DNA from: Blepharisma stoltei ATCC 30299
Taxonomy: Eukaryota > Protista > Ciliophora
Reading direction: 5' to 3'
Length of the DNA stretch: 64,000 bases
Assembly (NCBI GenBank): GCA_965603825.1
Contig: CBFDEM010000003.1
Span: 310,001 to 374,000, forward strand
In this document: one piece after another, positions 1 to 12,682 of the stretch
How positions within the stretch are numbered: position 1 is the first letter of the stretch
Layout of the letters: the number at the start of each line of letters is the position of its first letter
Position numbers and translations under genes: made by a program
The notes under the pieces: model-generated
Told to the model about the DNA's origin: nothing
Database searches by the model: none
What the model saw: the letters and a program-made list of their open reading frames with translations, nothing else

Positions 1-1573
1 TATCATAAGAGCCCAAACGAAATCTAATATTGCAAGCTTTGATGGCCTCGAATCAAGAATTGAGATTTTTGACAGCATAAAGTTTCCAGTTCTTAAAAGT
101 CCTTTAAGAAATCCAAGAAAAATTAAAGTTAAACGTATGAATTCAAATATTGATGATTCTCCAAGTCTCAATCCTGTTCACAGAAATTACAAAATTCCTA
201 AATCTTTATACCCAAGCAAGAGACCAAGGCTAGGATTTAAATTGAGTTCATCGTACGATTCAAATATAGGGCCAGGAGATTATAATCCAATCTCCAGGTC
301 GTTTACACCGGGAGGGATATTTTCAATTGAAGCTAGGTTTGAGACAAATCTCCAAGAAAAAGTGGAGGTTTTTCTGAGACAAAAAAGAATAAAGAATAGG
401 AGTATTTTCCTTTCTAATAAAATTTATGAAAGGAATATGGATATGGATCAGTATTCGTTGGAAAATAAAGAGAAATCTTTTAAAAAAAAGCAAAAAATAA
501 AGAAAGCAAAAGAAGAAATTGCGAAATTGACGAAGAAAAAAATTGATTTCTTTCAAAAAGAAAATAAAATTTCGAAACTCAATGAAAAAATGCAAAGAAA
601 TAAATACAGAGAAAAAAAGGTCGAAGGACAGCAAGTGATGAAATCATGAATAATTTTATCAATAATAGCTGGCATCCAAACTTCTTGCTGGCACAATTTT
701 GACAAAAGAAAAGTAAAGCTTATTTAGAAACTGAGAGAAAGATCGAGGAACCATCTAATATTTTTATTTAATATTATGAGGGTGATAGGCAGAATAAGAA
801 TTCTTTTAAGCAAAGCTAGGTGAAGTATACTGATAAAAGCATTGAAAAAGAACTCTTCTGTAATAAAAAATTGGCTTGCAAAAAGAAGAAAACTTTATTT
901 AAATATGTTGAGCTCTGTAACAGATAAAGTATTGCCAGATATCACACTATTTGAGCTTATGATGAAATTTCATAGAATAAGAGATTTGATACAAGCTGGA
1001 GTACTTAGTATCATAAAAATCAGAATTTCCAGGATATTTGCGCTAAGTTTATTGTGGGATAAATTTGAAACCTCAGTAATTCAAGACCTTCGAAAATATG
1101 GAAAAATTAAATACAATGATAAAAGTGATAGATTTATTCCACAAAATATTAAGGAAGAATACATCAAAAAATATTTTGCTTTACAAGCTAAAGCCCATAT
1201 AGAAAACATAAAGCAATATAATATATTATGCCAAGAAATTGACAAAGAAAAAGAGTTAAATATAAAAGAAATCGAATTTGAGCAAATGTTCAATGGAAAG
1301 CCAATCACTGAATTAAAAGATTTTACCTATCCGAAGCGTCCAGTTTTTATGCTTTATTCAAATAACAATTCAATGAAAAAATATATTAGTCAGCTTCTTA
1401 ATACTCAGCTTCATTACACAAAAGAAGAAAGCTATATCAAATCGTCGACTTTAAAAAGTAAGATCCGTCAGCCTTCAAGCAGTAAAGAAAAAGATGATTG
1501 TAGCAGTATCCGTTTAAAAGCAGCTAAGAACTATAACTTCAAAGCTTTTGCTAATGTTTCTAGTAAGAGGTAG
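1..1573 (+). CDS. Hypothetical basic/coiled-coil protein with PGDY (STPG/PGP-like) motif; 5'-partial; paralogue of 2051..3712
   Basis: Frame is open from the window start. ORFs 137..649 and 842..1573 join via TGA=Trp (647-649, 821-823) and a 15-nt intron (713-727). Shares YDxNIGPGDY, RFE and QVMKSW with the next gene. Confidence 0.75.
713..727 (+). other. 15-nt spliceosomal intron
   Basis: GTAAAGCTTATTTAG; removes an in-frame TAG; same position as the intron in the paralogue. Confidence 0.85.
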
Positions 1574-2050
1574 CAAACGATATTATTTAATTTATATAGT
1601 AAACTTATTAATCCTTTTTCAAATGCCGATTGAAATAAGCACCAAGCATTATTGTTTGCAATAATAAGAACTTTCATAATCTTTTGTTATAAAATAATCA
1701 AAATTCCATAAAAAAATTATTAAACATAATGGTAAATGATAAAATTAAATTATCAACACAAGCTCCTTGAGTTCAATTTTTAATTATGCCCATATCAAAA
1801 TATGGTTGAGAAAAATAAAATTTCAATAATAAATTCGTATAATTCACTAAGGCAAGGATTTAAGTTCCAAAAAGCCACTTAAAGTTTGTTTATCTTAGCA
1901 AAATTAATAAAATAAATAATATATTTAAGCATTCTTCTTTATATATATTTTTAGATTCTTTTAGCATAAAATAAATTGGTGCTAAGAGTTTCATATATCA
2001 GAAGCTTCTTATAATAAAAATAATCGATCAATCCAATAAGAATCCTAAAT

Positions 2051-3712
2051 ATGTTAAAAGAAGCTAAATACCAAAATTTTTGTACAGAAGAAAGTCCAGA
2101 GCAGTCCATGTCGCCCTATTTATCAACTCGGCAATCTTCGTATGAAGTCCCATCAGAACAGCATTACCACAAAAAAAACGTAAAGTCTCATTTCTCTAAA
2201 ACTGAAAGCCCAGGACAGAGTCCCTGAATTTCTGATACTATAAGGCCTCATGCACCAAAAACTCCAAATTCAAGCTTCTCTCCTGTCCGATCTCAAAGAA
2301 AGAGATTTTCTTGTGATTTATCCTCAGAAACTTCTCGCGCAATTCATCATTCTTATGGAGTCCCAAAAACTTGAATAACTCCGACTATTCCAGAGGAAAA
2401 TGGCAGTAAGCATTCTATTTATGATACAAATATTGGCCCAGGAGATTATGATCTTTTTGATAGACCTTTCACTCCTGGAGGTTACATATCTGCTGAGCCA
2501 AGATTCGAAAACACCTTTGAGCAAAAAGTTGAATCTTTTATTCAGCAAGTGAAAACCTTAAATAAAAGAAAAATTCCAAAGCCAATTTTTGTGAAGAATG
2601 TTGATTTAAGCAGATTTTCCCCTCCAAATAAAGAAAGGGAAAATTTAGAGAAATTCAGAAGGAGGAGTGTTAATTTCGAAGTTGTGAAATTGACCAGATC
2701 TATGATTGAAAAAGCAAAAAAAGTGTCTAGAGAAACAAAGTATAGAGAGAAAATGCAAAAATACGCATATAACCAAATGAAAAGTGAAGCAAAGCAGGTC
2801 ATGAAATCTTGAATACTTTTAATGAGTATCGTTGGATTCAGTACTGTAATCCATTATAAAGCAGAAGGGAAAAAAGTAATTGTTATTTAGAAATTAAAAT
2901 GCAGAGCAAAAAATCATCTTACCTTTCTGCTCAACATTTCAAGAGCAATTGGAAAATTTAGAATTCTCCTAAATAAAGTGAGGTGGAATCTCCTTAAAAG
3001 AAAATTAAAAGAGCATTTCCCAATAATTCAAAGATGGGTTAAAAACAGAAGAAACAAATTTTTAAATGCTGTTACGAATCAAGTCGAAGTCCTTGTTACA
3101 GGCAATACAATGTTCGATTTGATGCTAAAATACCGGAAAGAAAAAAAGGCTTTTCAAAGTGGATTATTAAGCCTTATTAAAATCAGAAAAGCAAGAATTT
3201 TATCTTTAAATTTGCTGTGAGAAAAAGTCGAAGAATCATTATCAAGTTTCCTGAAGAAATCAGGAAAGCTAAAAGTTGACAAAATCGGAAGGCTCATCCC
3301 AAAAAAGGTTCGAGAAGAATGCATTAATAAATATTATAACTCACAAGTGAAACTTTATTTGGAAAAACTGAAATTATATAAAACTCAATGTAAAGAAATA
3401 GAATATTTGAGAAATCATGAAATGAATATATTTGACTGCAATAATCCTCAAAAAGAGAGTTTGTACCCTCCAAAGCCAACATTTCAGCTGTATAGCAATT
3501 ATAACGTTATGAGAAAAATAATGTTGAAGGCCTATAATCTTTACGCTGATTCATTTAATGAAGAGGATAAATTCAAGCAAGATTATAAAAATAAGATTCA
3601 AAAAGCTAAAACAAGAGTCCTTGAGCCTGCTAAATTCCACAGATCTATCACTTCTGTCAAAAATTCTAGTGAAAGAAGGCATTTTTCTTTAACTCCTACT
3701 GTGTTTCCATAG
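2051..3712 (+). CDS. Hypothetical protein with PGDY motif, tandem paralogue of the upstream gene
   Basis: ATG 2051 is in frame with ORFs 2549, 2978 and 3347 through several TGA codons and intron 2876-2890; ends TAG. Confidence 0.75.
2876..2890 (+). other. 15-nt spliceosomal intron
   Basis: GTAATTGTTATTTAG; removes an in-frame TAG. Confidence 0.85.
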
Positions 3713-3744
3713 CTTATATTTTAAAAAAGTTTAAATTAAATTGA

Positions 3745-6700
3745 TTATGGGTCAATGCATATTTTCAGCACAGAGTTTATGTTCTCTGCTACTTGTTTCA
3801 AATTCTCTAAATCGTCTCCGTTATCTTCTTTCGAAGTTAGCTCATCGACACTTCTACTGGTATCACTCTGAACAACTTCTAGCTGTCTCAGTATTTCATC
3901 CTGTCTTAAAAGTCCTTTAACTTTCTGGTTATTATAAAGCAAAGCCCATAACGCAGAAGAGGCCAAATTTCTAAGTTTTGGTTTTTGTTTATTACTGCTG
4001 GTAAATGTTAATAGTAGCATTAAAGATCTTTGATTTGCTAAAATATGAGGCTTATTATTGGCTGAAAAACAAAGATTTCGAAGCAGTAATAAAGAGTTTT
4101 CAACGACTTCATATTTAATTCCTGTAGTTGAAAACCTTTCAAGTACCTCTACGAGAACATCAATTAGCCCAGGAATAGTAGCAATCACTTTTTGCCCTTC
4201 ATCATAAAACGCAAAAGCAGCTAAAAACTCAATCATTGATGGAGACTTAATAGGAATGGCTTGAGGATCTTTGCAATCATTCCAGACTTTGACTAGGCGC
4301 TGGCATAGTCCCTGAGGATATTTTGTTTTTATTAAAAGCTGCCTAGTGCTTGTACTTGCACACAAAGACCCAAGCATTTTTAAGGCAAGTCGAAAATTGA
4401 AATCAGACGCAGTTGACGGCCGACTTAAATACTCAATTACATAGAGCAAGAGACATTGCCGGTTTTCTTGGGTATAAGTGCAAGCCTCTTTAGATACCTC
4501 GCTTTCTGATATTAAAGTGCATATAGTTTCTAGAAGCAATGTAAATAAACTTTCTTTCCTTAATGCTAGCGGTCACAAGTTAAATAAGAGTTGAAGTAAT
4601 GGCCCTGATTTTTTTTCTTTTCCAGATAGGCTTGCTTTTGCGCTTTGAGAATTTGCAGACCAAAGTTTGAAAAGAGTTAAAAACCTTGTTAAGACTTTAA
4701 GGGAAAAATCATCTTGCTTTTTATTTTTTTGAGAGTCTTGAGCTTGGATTTCGTTAGATACCACTTTAGCGAGTCCGTATAAATCTTTAGCAAATCCAGT
4801 AGCAATCGCCACATTTTTGGCAGATTCTGAGTAAAATAATAAGCTTGCTAAAGCGTTTTCTGTATCTCTAGCCGCTGCTAATTGGTCTTCATGTTGGTTT
4901 TCTTTATAAATATGAATAAGATGAAGGACTAAACGGTCTGCTTCTTTTGCATCAATAGGAAAATGCGGCAATAAACATGTTAGAAGTCTTGATATAGTTA
5001 GTTTTAATTCTGAGCCTCTTGATATATCAAATATGTCACATAGTAATTCATATCTGAAATTTTCAATTGACTGTTTGGACTTCACAGGACTTTGGAATAT
5101 AGAAATATGGAGACAACTCAACAAACTTTGCAGTGTTTTTCCATATAGAAGCTCTTTTGATTCCTCGAAACTTTCCAGGCACTCTTGAATCCAGTCTAAG
5201 ACATAAGTCAATATGTGGGTGGACTCTAACAAATAATCAGTAATTTGAGCATCTTGCTTCATCATATGAGCAATAAAATTCAGAATGCTGACAAGCCCAA
5301 TCAAGGTGTCTTCAAATGAGTAGCTCTGATAGTCTTTGCATGGCTTTCTCTGCTCATTAAATAGTCTTTCAAGCAAGGCTCCAGGCCTGATAAGTCTTAT
5401 CAGAGGATCCCAGATATCAATTTGTATTAAAATTGGGCTTACTCGTGAGTAATCTAATAGAGTAATGTTATATAATAAAGTCACAATACTTCCGAAATAA
5501 GCTGGGTGAGGCCCAGAGTTTTCAAAAAGAACATTTTTCACATTTGAAATAACTCCATACTGATACAAAGTTTTTAAGACTGTATCTGTCATTTCTGCGG
5601 AATCTTCAGAGTTTATTAAAGACTCAGTCAAGCTGCATAGAAATGCACAGGCTTGAGTTTTAACACCATAGCTTTCTGCTTGTGCAAAAATCACATCTAA
5701 TGCAGTATCCAGCACGCTGCTATGCTTTTCATATGCTATTCTTGATTTTTTCCATAAGAAACACCAAGCTAATATTCTGATAGAAATTTCTCTATCTTCA
5801 GCAAGCTTCATGCACCAAATATAGCTTTCTGGCTGCACCCATTCTGGAATTCTTATACAAAGCTGCAATGCTTTTTTAAGAGTATTTTTATGCACAAAAG
5901 TAGAGGGAGAAGTAAATGGAATAAGCTTCGTAAGAACTAAATTTATAATTGATGTGATATTATATTGTGATTGTGGAGAGGCAATAATATCCATAGATAA
6001 TTTCAGATTGTCATTATCCATAACCAAAATCAACACTGAAATCACTTCTCCATAAAGCTTTAAATTGTCGATGGCTTGCAAAATTCTTTCTAATAAAGAT
6101 AATAGTGATGCTTTTCCTGGCTCAATTTGGAATCTTGAAAGAACTTTTATAATTCCTTCAACGTTAGGACAAGTACTGCCATGGTGAATTAGCAGCTTTT
6201 CTGAAAATCTTAAGATTGAGCTTATCAAGGCTTCTCTTGAGTGTAAATCAGTTAACTCTGATAAGAAAGGTAGCATTGATCGCTGGAGTAATAAGCATAA
6301 ATTTTGTATAAATTCAAATTCCTGCTGTGATGTTGACGGATTTGCATAAGCTAAAACGGTTCTAAAGCTTTCTAATAAATGAATGTATAGAAGGTCTTCT
6401 GGTCTGGAAGTGGGTGGGACTCTTAATATGCTGGAAATTTGTGAGAAAAACAATGAGTCTGGTTTCAATAAACTTTTATAAGCATTAAAGCTCACCGATT
6501 TGGTCGCCAGTACTAAATTTTCCCACGAGAGCATAGTCCTTAATATATCTGCATGTGTTTCAGCCTGGTTTAGCTCATTTCCATATTCATCCAATTTGTC
6601 TTCTACATCAAACTTATAAACTTTTCTATTAAATACATAATTATGTACCCTTTCCGAACTTGGTACCATTTCCCAGAAATCTAAAAACTTGCACAAAGTC

Positions 6701-9399
6701 GAATTTGTCACTTTCAAAACTTGAATAGGGAATGGACATAAAAATGTATTTTTAATAACATCTATTACTTGTATAGGCTTTAATTTAGAATGCTCTACAG
6801 ACTGTGGGACAAGCACAAATAAAGTCGAAAGAATAAATGAATTTCTTTGGATTTGATTTGAAAACGCTAAAATGTATAATAAATAAAGTGAATAGTATCT
6901 TATTGGTCTGTATGGGTTATATATAAGTGGCACAATGGTACACATAAATTTAACTGAAGACTGGTATATTTTTCTAGCTTGCTGTGGGTAGTTTAAAGCA
7001 ATTACTACTAAAATCTGCAAAGAATTACTCACTAGCCTAATCCCAGCTCTGTCTTCTTCGTCTGGAACCCTTAGCTCTTGGATTGCATTTACAATAAAAT
7101 CTTCAAGTAACTGGACTTCATTAGTCCCACATAGCAAGTGAATTAAAACTTGTTCAGCAGCCGCAACTTTTAAGTTAGTTTCCAAACTTTCTGATTTCAA
7201 AATGTTTAGTAAATTCATCATTTCTGCTGAGCTTACATTGTTATTTTTCGGAAGTTGGAGCAAATCAAGCTCTCCGTGGGATTCCAGCTCTGGAACAAGA
7301 TCTAAAGTTTCAGGTGAATCCCAGAAATCTCGCTGATTTGAAATTCATGACTCTTGGATATTTTCAGGCGTATGGCAAGATTTTAATATTTGTGCTGCCA
7401 AAATACGATTTGATGAATTTTGACTGAATAAGTCTCTTATGAACCGAAGTGGTTGAGAGGCTGGCTGCTGGTTTGTAAGTGTATGGATTATGCCGCCTAG
7501 ATTAGGATTTATTGCACTTAAGCCTTGCAAGATTGTGAAATATGGGACAAGTTTGTTATAGTCTTCTAAAGTTTCCAAAACTCTAGGTATGACATCATGG
7601 ATTTCAGTACAGGAAATAATTAAAAATCCTAAAATAGGTTCTTGCAAGAGCAAAGATTTAATAGCTTTGCTTCTAATAACCCCTTCTCCTATACCTGTCA
7701 TCGCAATATCTTCAATAACCGCTGCTTTTACAGCTTTAAAAGTATTTTGTTTAACAGTTTCTATAGGACTGGCTAATAATGCTAATAATAAATTTTGGCA
7801 TTGCTGAGATCTAGAATCTAGCGTGGAGTCTTGTGATAATAATTGGCTGTATACATTTAAATCTAAAATAGGGTTTTGGATTGGCAAGTCTTGCTGAAAC
7901 TCTAATACTGGCATAACTCTTTCGAAAAATATTATAGCATTATAAAACATCTCTGGAGAAGTTATAGGAAGAGTCTTCTGATGAGCAAGCAATTGCTTTA
8001 TTTTTATGCTGGCTTCTATAGCTTCCATACATTTTTTGGCATATTCGAACTCTTTTACTGCGTCTTTATCGATTTCTTCTAAATACGGCAGAATTTCATC
8101 GCAATTTTCGCCTTGAAATACAATTAAATCAGCTATGAATTTTGATAAATTGCTCTGTTTGGAGAGACATTCAGATATTCTGTCTGGAGGGAGCATGAAA
8201 ATGAATTTGAGCCCAAGTTCTAAAATTGATTTTATTATGATAGAGTTTTCATTGGAATTAGGCTTTTCTGAGTGCTGCTGCAGTGCATTTCCGATTTTTT
8301 CTAAGATATTGTTCACTACTTTGGGGTATTTTAGTAGTTTAGGCATAGTCCAAAGTCCAGCTTCCCAAGATTTAATAGCAACTCCTATAATTCTGGAATC
8401 TTCAAGGGGAATTCCATTGATTATTAATTCAGCCAAAGATAAACTTGATAAAGTCAGTCCTGGGGTCCCAACTCCCCACTGCTCACCTTTCAAACAAGGA
8501 ACAGAAATTTCGATATGCTCCAAAGGAAGCAGCACCTTTTTCGGTGTACAAGTAGCAGCCCTGTATTCAGCTTTGCTTGCTTGTGTTGTAAAATGTTCAA
8601 GCTTGATTAAAATTGCTTCCATTGATTTCAAAGCTTTATAAGTCACTTCTAAAGCTCCTTTTTGAAGCGCTATGCTAGCTAAGCTTATAATACTTCTTAT
8701 TAAGTCAGGTCTTTGCATTAGTGAATCCAATGGATAATTCTGTAAAATTGAATATTGGAAATCATTGCAGCTCTCAATCATTTCTTCCACGTTCCCAAAT
8801 TTGACCAAAACTCCTAAGTCGAAAATCACTTTTTCGTCACTATCACACAATAAGACAGGAGGAAATTCGCAATGTTCCAGAATTGTACCAAGCTGTTCAG
8901 GATCTTTGGTATAATTTTCTTTCTTTGGCGGGTTTTTAGGCCTTGTTACGTTTGGAAGTTCATTTGCTGGAAAAATTTGAAGCTTTTCATCAATATCAGG
9001 AATTTGGGAAGGCTGAGATATTGGGATTGGTGCAAATGCAGGGCTTACTAGCGCATTTAAAATTCCTGAAACTAAAGATTGAAGCGTGGTTGGGGCATTT
9101 TTGTAATAAGCATTAAAAAAATCTATTGCACCTAAGCTCATCAAGCTGAAATGTCCTTTAGGATTCAGTGCAAGTAACTGTAATACTTTGAGTGCTGCAT
9201 TTATTGTTTGAATTTCTGCCTCTTCTTGCCTTATATTAATTCAACTCATTATGAGCCCTGAAATAACACACTTCTCTATCTCGATAAAATCGTCAATACG
9301 AGCAACTCTATTTGAAAGTTTTGAGCAAACTGTTAAAATTGCCCTATCTGATATTTCAGGATGATCAAATCTCGCAATTTTTTTGATGATTTCTTCCAT
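3745..9399 (-). CDS. RTTN: Rotatin-like armadillo/HEAT-repeat centriole/basal-body protein (~1884 aa)
   Basis: Three ORFs in one frame joined by TGA. N-terminus MEEIIKKIARFDHPEISDRAILTVCSKL...SWIN...LMSLGAIDFF resembles the rotatin N-domain. C-terminal LLLLRNLCFSANNKPHIL...ASSALWALLYNNQKVK matches the rotatin C-terminus. Confidence 0.75.
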
Positions 9400-9488
9400 T
9401 TAAATAAAAATATGAATTTTTATTATTGACAGATATTTTAATTCATAATGATTTTGATAGTTTGGCATGAGCATTAATCGGATATTTA

Positions 9489-11195
9489 TTAAAGCGTGTA
9501 TCTAGCGCCTGTTGATATTTTAACCACCCGGTCTGCCCATTCGATCATAAGATCTTGCATTTCTACAAAGAAATCTTTTAATATTTTATACACTGTATCA
9601 ATTTCAGGGACAGCTAGCAGTAAATGTGAGACACTGTCGTTGTTTCTCTAAATAATGTTTACAGGTCCCAGTTTCATTGACTTTTTTCTATTTAAAATCT
9701 CATTTTCATCGACAACTGCATCTTGTGGCTCTCTCGAAGTTCTTGTAAACTTTGTTAGAATTAAAGTCTGTAGTATTGAAGCTAAAACCTTCAAGTTGCT
9801 AAATAAAAATTACTTCGGAGCTCTTGAGTTCATTCTGATAGGCAAGTTATGTGCTGAAGGGTTCAACAGAAACTCCTTAATCAAAATCCTTGTAATAAAG
9901 AAAAAAGCAATCATCATCCACTTTTTTTCGTCAGTTTGGTTCGTCAGGGCTCCAAAATGATTAAAACTAAGCCTAGCCTTCTCAAAGCCTAGAAGGTACT
10001 CCTGAGGTATATATGCACCATTAGAAGTCAGTTTGTCTATAAATAACCTCAGCTGGCGTGGCATTTCTTCTTCATTTGTGTGCTCTAATAATCCATCTAA
10101 GAAGCCCCTGACTCTTACTTGTAATTTCAGAAGTTTTGCATTTAAAGCATCTGGCTTTCCTTTATTCCACCAATTATCTTTTCCAGTGATGTCTAAGTCT
10201 AAATTTGGATCATTCAGTATAGAAGTCAATGTAACTCTAGATGCTTTGAGTACTCAGGACTGGGCGACTTCTAAGTAGAGGGTTATTGAGTCATTCATAT
10301 TTTTAATAGCATCGTTTTTCATTAATCCTTTTCTTTTAAGAACAGATGAATAAGTTAAAATAGGAAATAAAACGCCCAATACATATCCTCTTAATCTAGA
10401 AATCCCTCTAAGTTTTTGTTTGGCTGCTTCAGTTTCTTTATTCATACGTTCTTTTTTCAATCTCTGATATAATTTGGCTTTTTCTTCAACTGACATATTA
10501 GGATTGAATTCATATTTTTTTTGTTCTTCTAGATACCTTTTATTTTCTTCATCTTCGTTATCAAGAAATTCATCAATAGAAGGAGCTGGATTGTGTTTAG
10601 GAGATTGTAGGCTGCTCAATGGAGGCGAACGAGATCTTGAAGGTACCCTTCTTCCATATTCGTACCCATTAGGAGGCATATTATAGGGTCGCTGAGTTTG
10701 CATGCCTTTTACCATTTCTGTGATGGTTTCTTGCTGCTTTTGCATTGCTTTCATTATTTCGGTAAATTGGTTTTCAAATTGGGGTTGCATAGGAGGAGGA
10801 GGTGGTGGTGGTAGAGGAGGAGGGGGTGAAAGCTGTTTTTTCGACTCATTTCTTTCTAATAAACTCATTACAGAGTTTACTCTTCCTATAAGAGTTTTCC
10901 TTTTTTCATTGATTTCTTTTTCTTTCATAATCTCTTTTAGGTCTTTCAATTCATCTTTTAGTACCGTGTTATATACGGAATTTCTGGTTTTTCAATAATA
11001 TTGGCTGTCATAATGAGGAGACGGGAGAACTGCATATGATGCAGGTTTCGGATAATTCATTTGAAGGTTTGTTGGGGCAAAACTTTGTGGAGGCGATGAT
11101 GAAATCTTGAAAAAAGGATATATAGGACTTCTAGCTGAAACAGCTGGGCTTTGTGACATGATTTGTTGTCCGAAATTTGACATACGAGTGTCCAT
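9489..11195 (-). CDS. Hypothetical protein, proline-rich/coiled-coil N-half
   Basis: ORFs 10992, 10254 and 9810 are in one frame via TGA, plus introns 9799-9813 and 9648-9662; ends TAA at 9489. Confidence 0.7.
9648..9662 (-). other. 15-nt intron
   Basis: GTAAACATTATTTAG on the minus strand; removes an in-frame TAG. Confidence 0.8.
9799..9813 (-). other. 15-nt intron
   Basis: GTAATTTTTATTTAG on the minus strand; removes an in-frame TAA. Confidence 0.85.
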
Positions 11196-11254
11196 TTTAC
11201 TTTAATTTTATTATTTTAAAACCCAGCTCATATCCTATAGCCCACAAATTCAAA

Positions 11255-12640
11255 TTACTCTTTTGTTGATAGCTGAAATGATGAGTTCTCAACTCCTGAA
11301 GATTGATTAAGAATATTCAGAGTTTTTGCTTGTAAAGATCCGCTATAAGGTCCAACTATAATAGAACTAAAAGTTCCTCCTAGCCCTACCGCACAAATAT
11401 TTCTTCCAATCAGTTCATCCACCATTCTAGGTCTAAATATAGAATTTCCTGACTTAATCCCTAGCCTTCCAGCAGTATTATCTCCCCAAGCGAACAAATC
11501 TCCTTCACTTGTCAACAACGCAGAATGTGAATCTCCACAAAATATAAACCTAGTCGTTACATCAGATTCCCCAAGCATTCCTCTTGTTTCAATTTCTTGA
11601 GGCTCATAGCTCCTATTGGCATCGATTCCACATTGGCCTTCACTGTTATCTCCAAATGCAAAGACTTTTCCAGACTCTTCTAGTACCACAGAATGTCTAG
11701 CCCCAGCAGCTACATCTAGCACTGGTAGATTCTTAAAATAAGGAATCAGCCCTGGAGCGGATTTATAAGTGATTTCTCTAGGGAATCCAAGTTCGCCATA
11801 AGTATTGTCACCTACTGAGTATACTCTTCCTGACTGGGTTGATAAGATTGCATGCATTTTTCCCATAGAAATTCTTTTTATGCTGTCTCCAGCTGGAAGT
11901 TCAAATTGAAGCTCTTTTGGTTCTCGTTGTTTTAGCCCGTTAAACCATTCACCTCATATAAGGATTTTTCCAGATTCTGATTAAATTTTACGTAAAACTG
12001 CAGCTGATCTCATTTGTCCAGCAAAAATAGAATTAACACTTTCTTGGTATTTTTCTCGCAATGGGACTTCTGTTGGGATATGTCTATGTTCTCTATCCAA
12101 AAATCCGCAGCCAGTTTCATGCCCAAAAGCCATCACAACTCCATCCCCATTTGATATTTCTTCTTTTACAAGAATCAAAGAATGATATGCCCCTGCAGCA
12201 ATATCAACAATCTATATATGCTTCACCTTAAACCCAGGGATATTAAATGCGCTAAGTTTTTCATTTATTCTGGATTCTGAGACAATTTCTTCATTGCTTT
12301 TGTTTTCTTCTAAAAGTTTTGGGTCTCTTGCACACTGACCATAGGTGTTATTTCCTGCAGAAAGTACATAATTAACTTCGGTTAAAAACAAGACATGGTC
12401 AGACCCACAAGCAATTTTGATGATCCCTTGCTTTCCAAAAGAGTCTGGGATTCGCTTTAAATGTAAATCAGTTGGCCCAACTCCATAGATAAACACAATG
12501 TAGGGAGATCATAGTTTTTGAGTTGCAGGGTCTGATCTGACTTATGATTACTTTTCTGATTTAGGAAGTAGCCTTGTGTTATCACCAACATTTATATCGT
12601 CTCCAGCAAAGCAGCAGCAGATCTTTCGCCAGAATGACAT
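11255..12640 (-). CDS. RCC1/BLIP-II repeat (beta-propeller) protein with an N-terminal CCC motif
   Basis: Repeats IACGSDHVLFL, AAGAYHSLIL, AAGARHSVVL, FCGDSHSALL and WGDNTAGRLG; three 15-nt introns; TGA at the Trp of ILIWG. Confidence 0.85.
11977..11991 (-). other. 15-nt intron
   Basis: GTAAAATTTAATCAG; removes an in-frame TAA. Confidence 0.85.
12212..12226 (-). other. 15-nt intron
   Basis: GTGAAGCATATATAG; splicing restores FKIVDIAAGAYHS. Confidence 0.85.
12537..12551 (-). other. 15-nt intron
   Basis: GTAATCATAAGTCAG; removes an in-frame TAA. Confidence 0.8.
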
Positions 12641-12682
12641 AATTTTAAGAATTAGATGCAAATATAGTTTTATAAATCAGCG

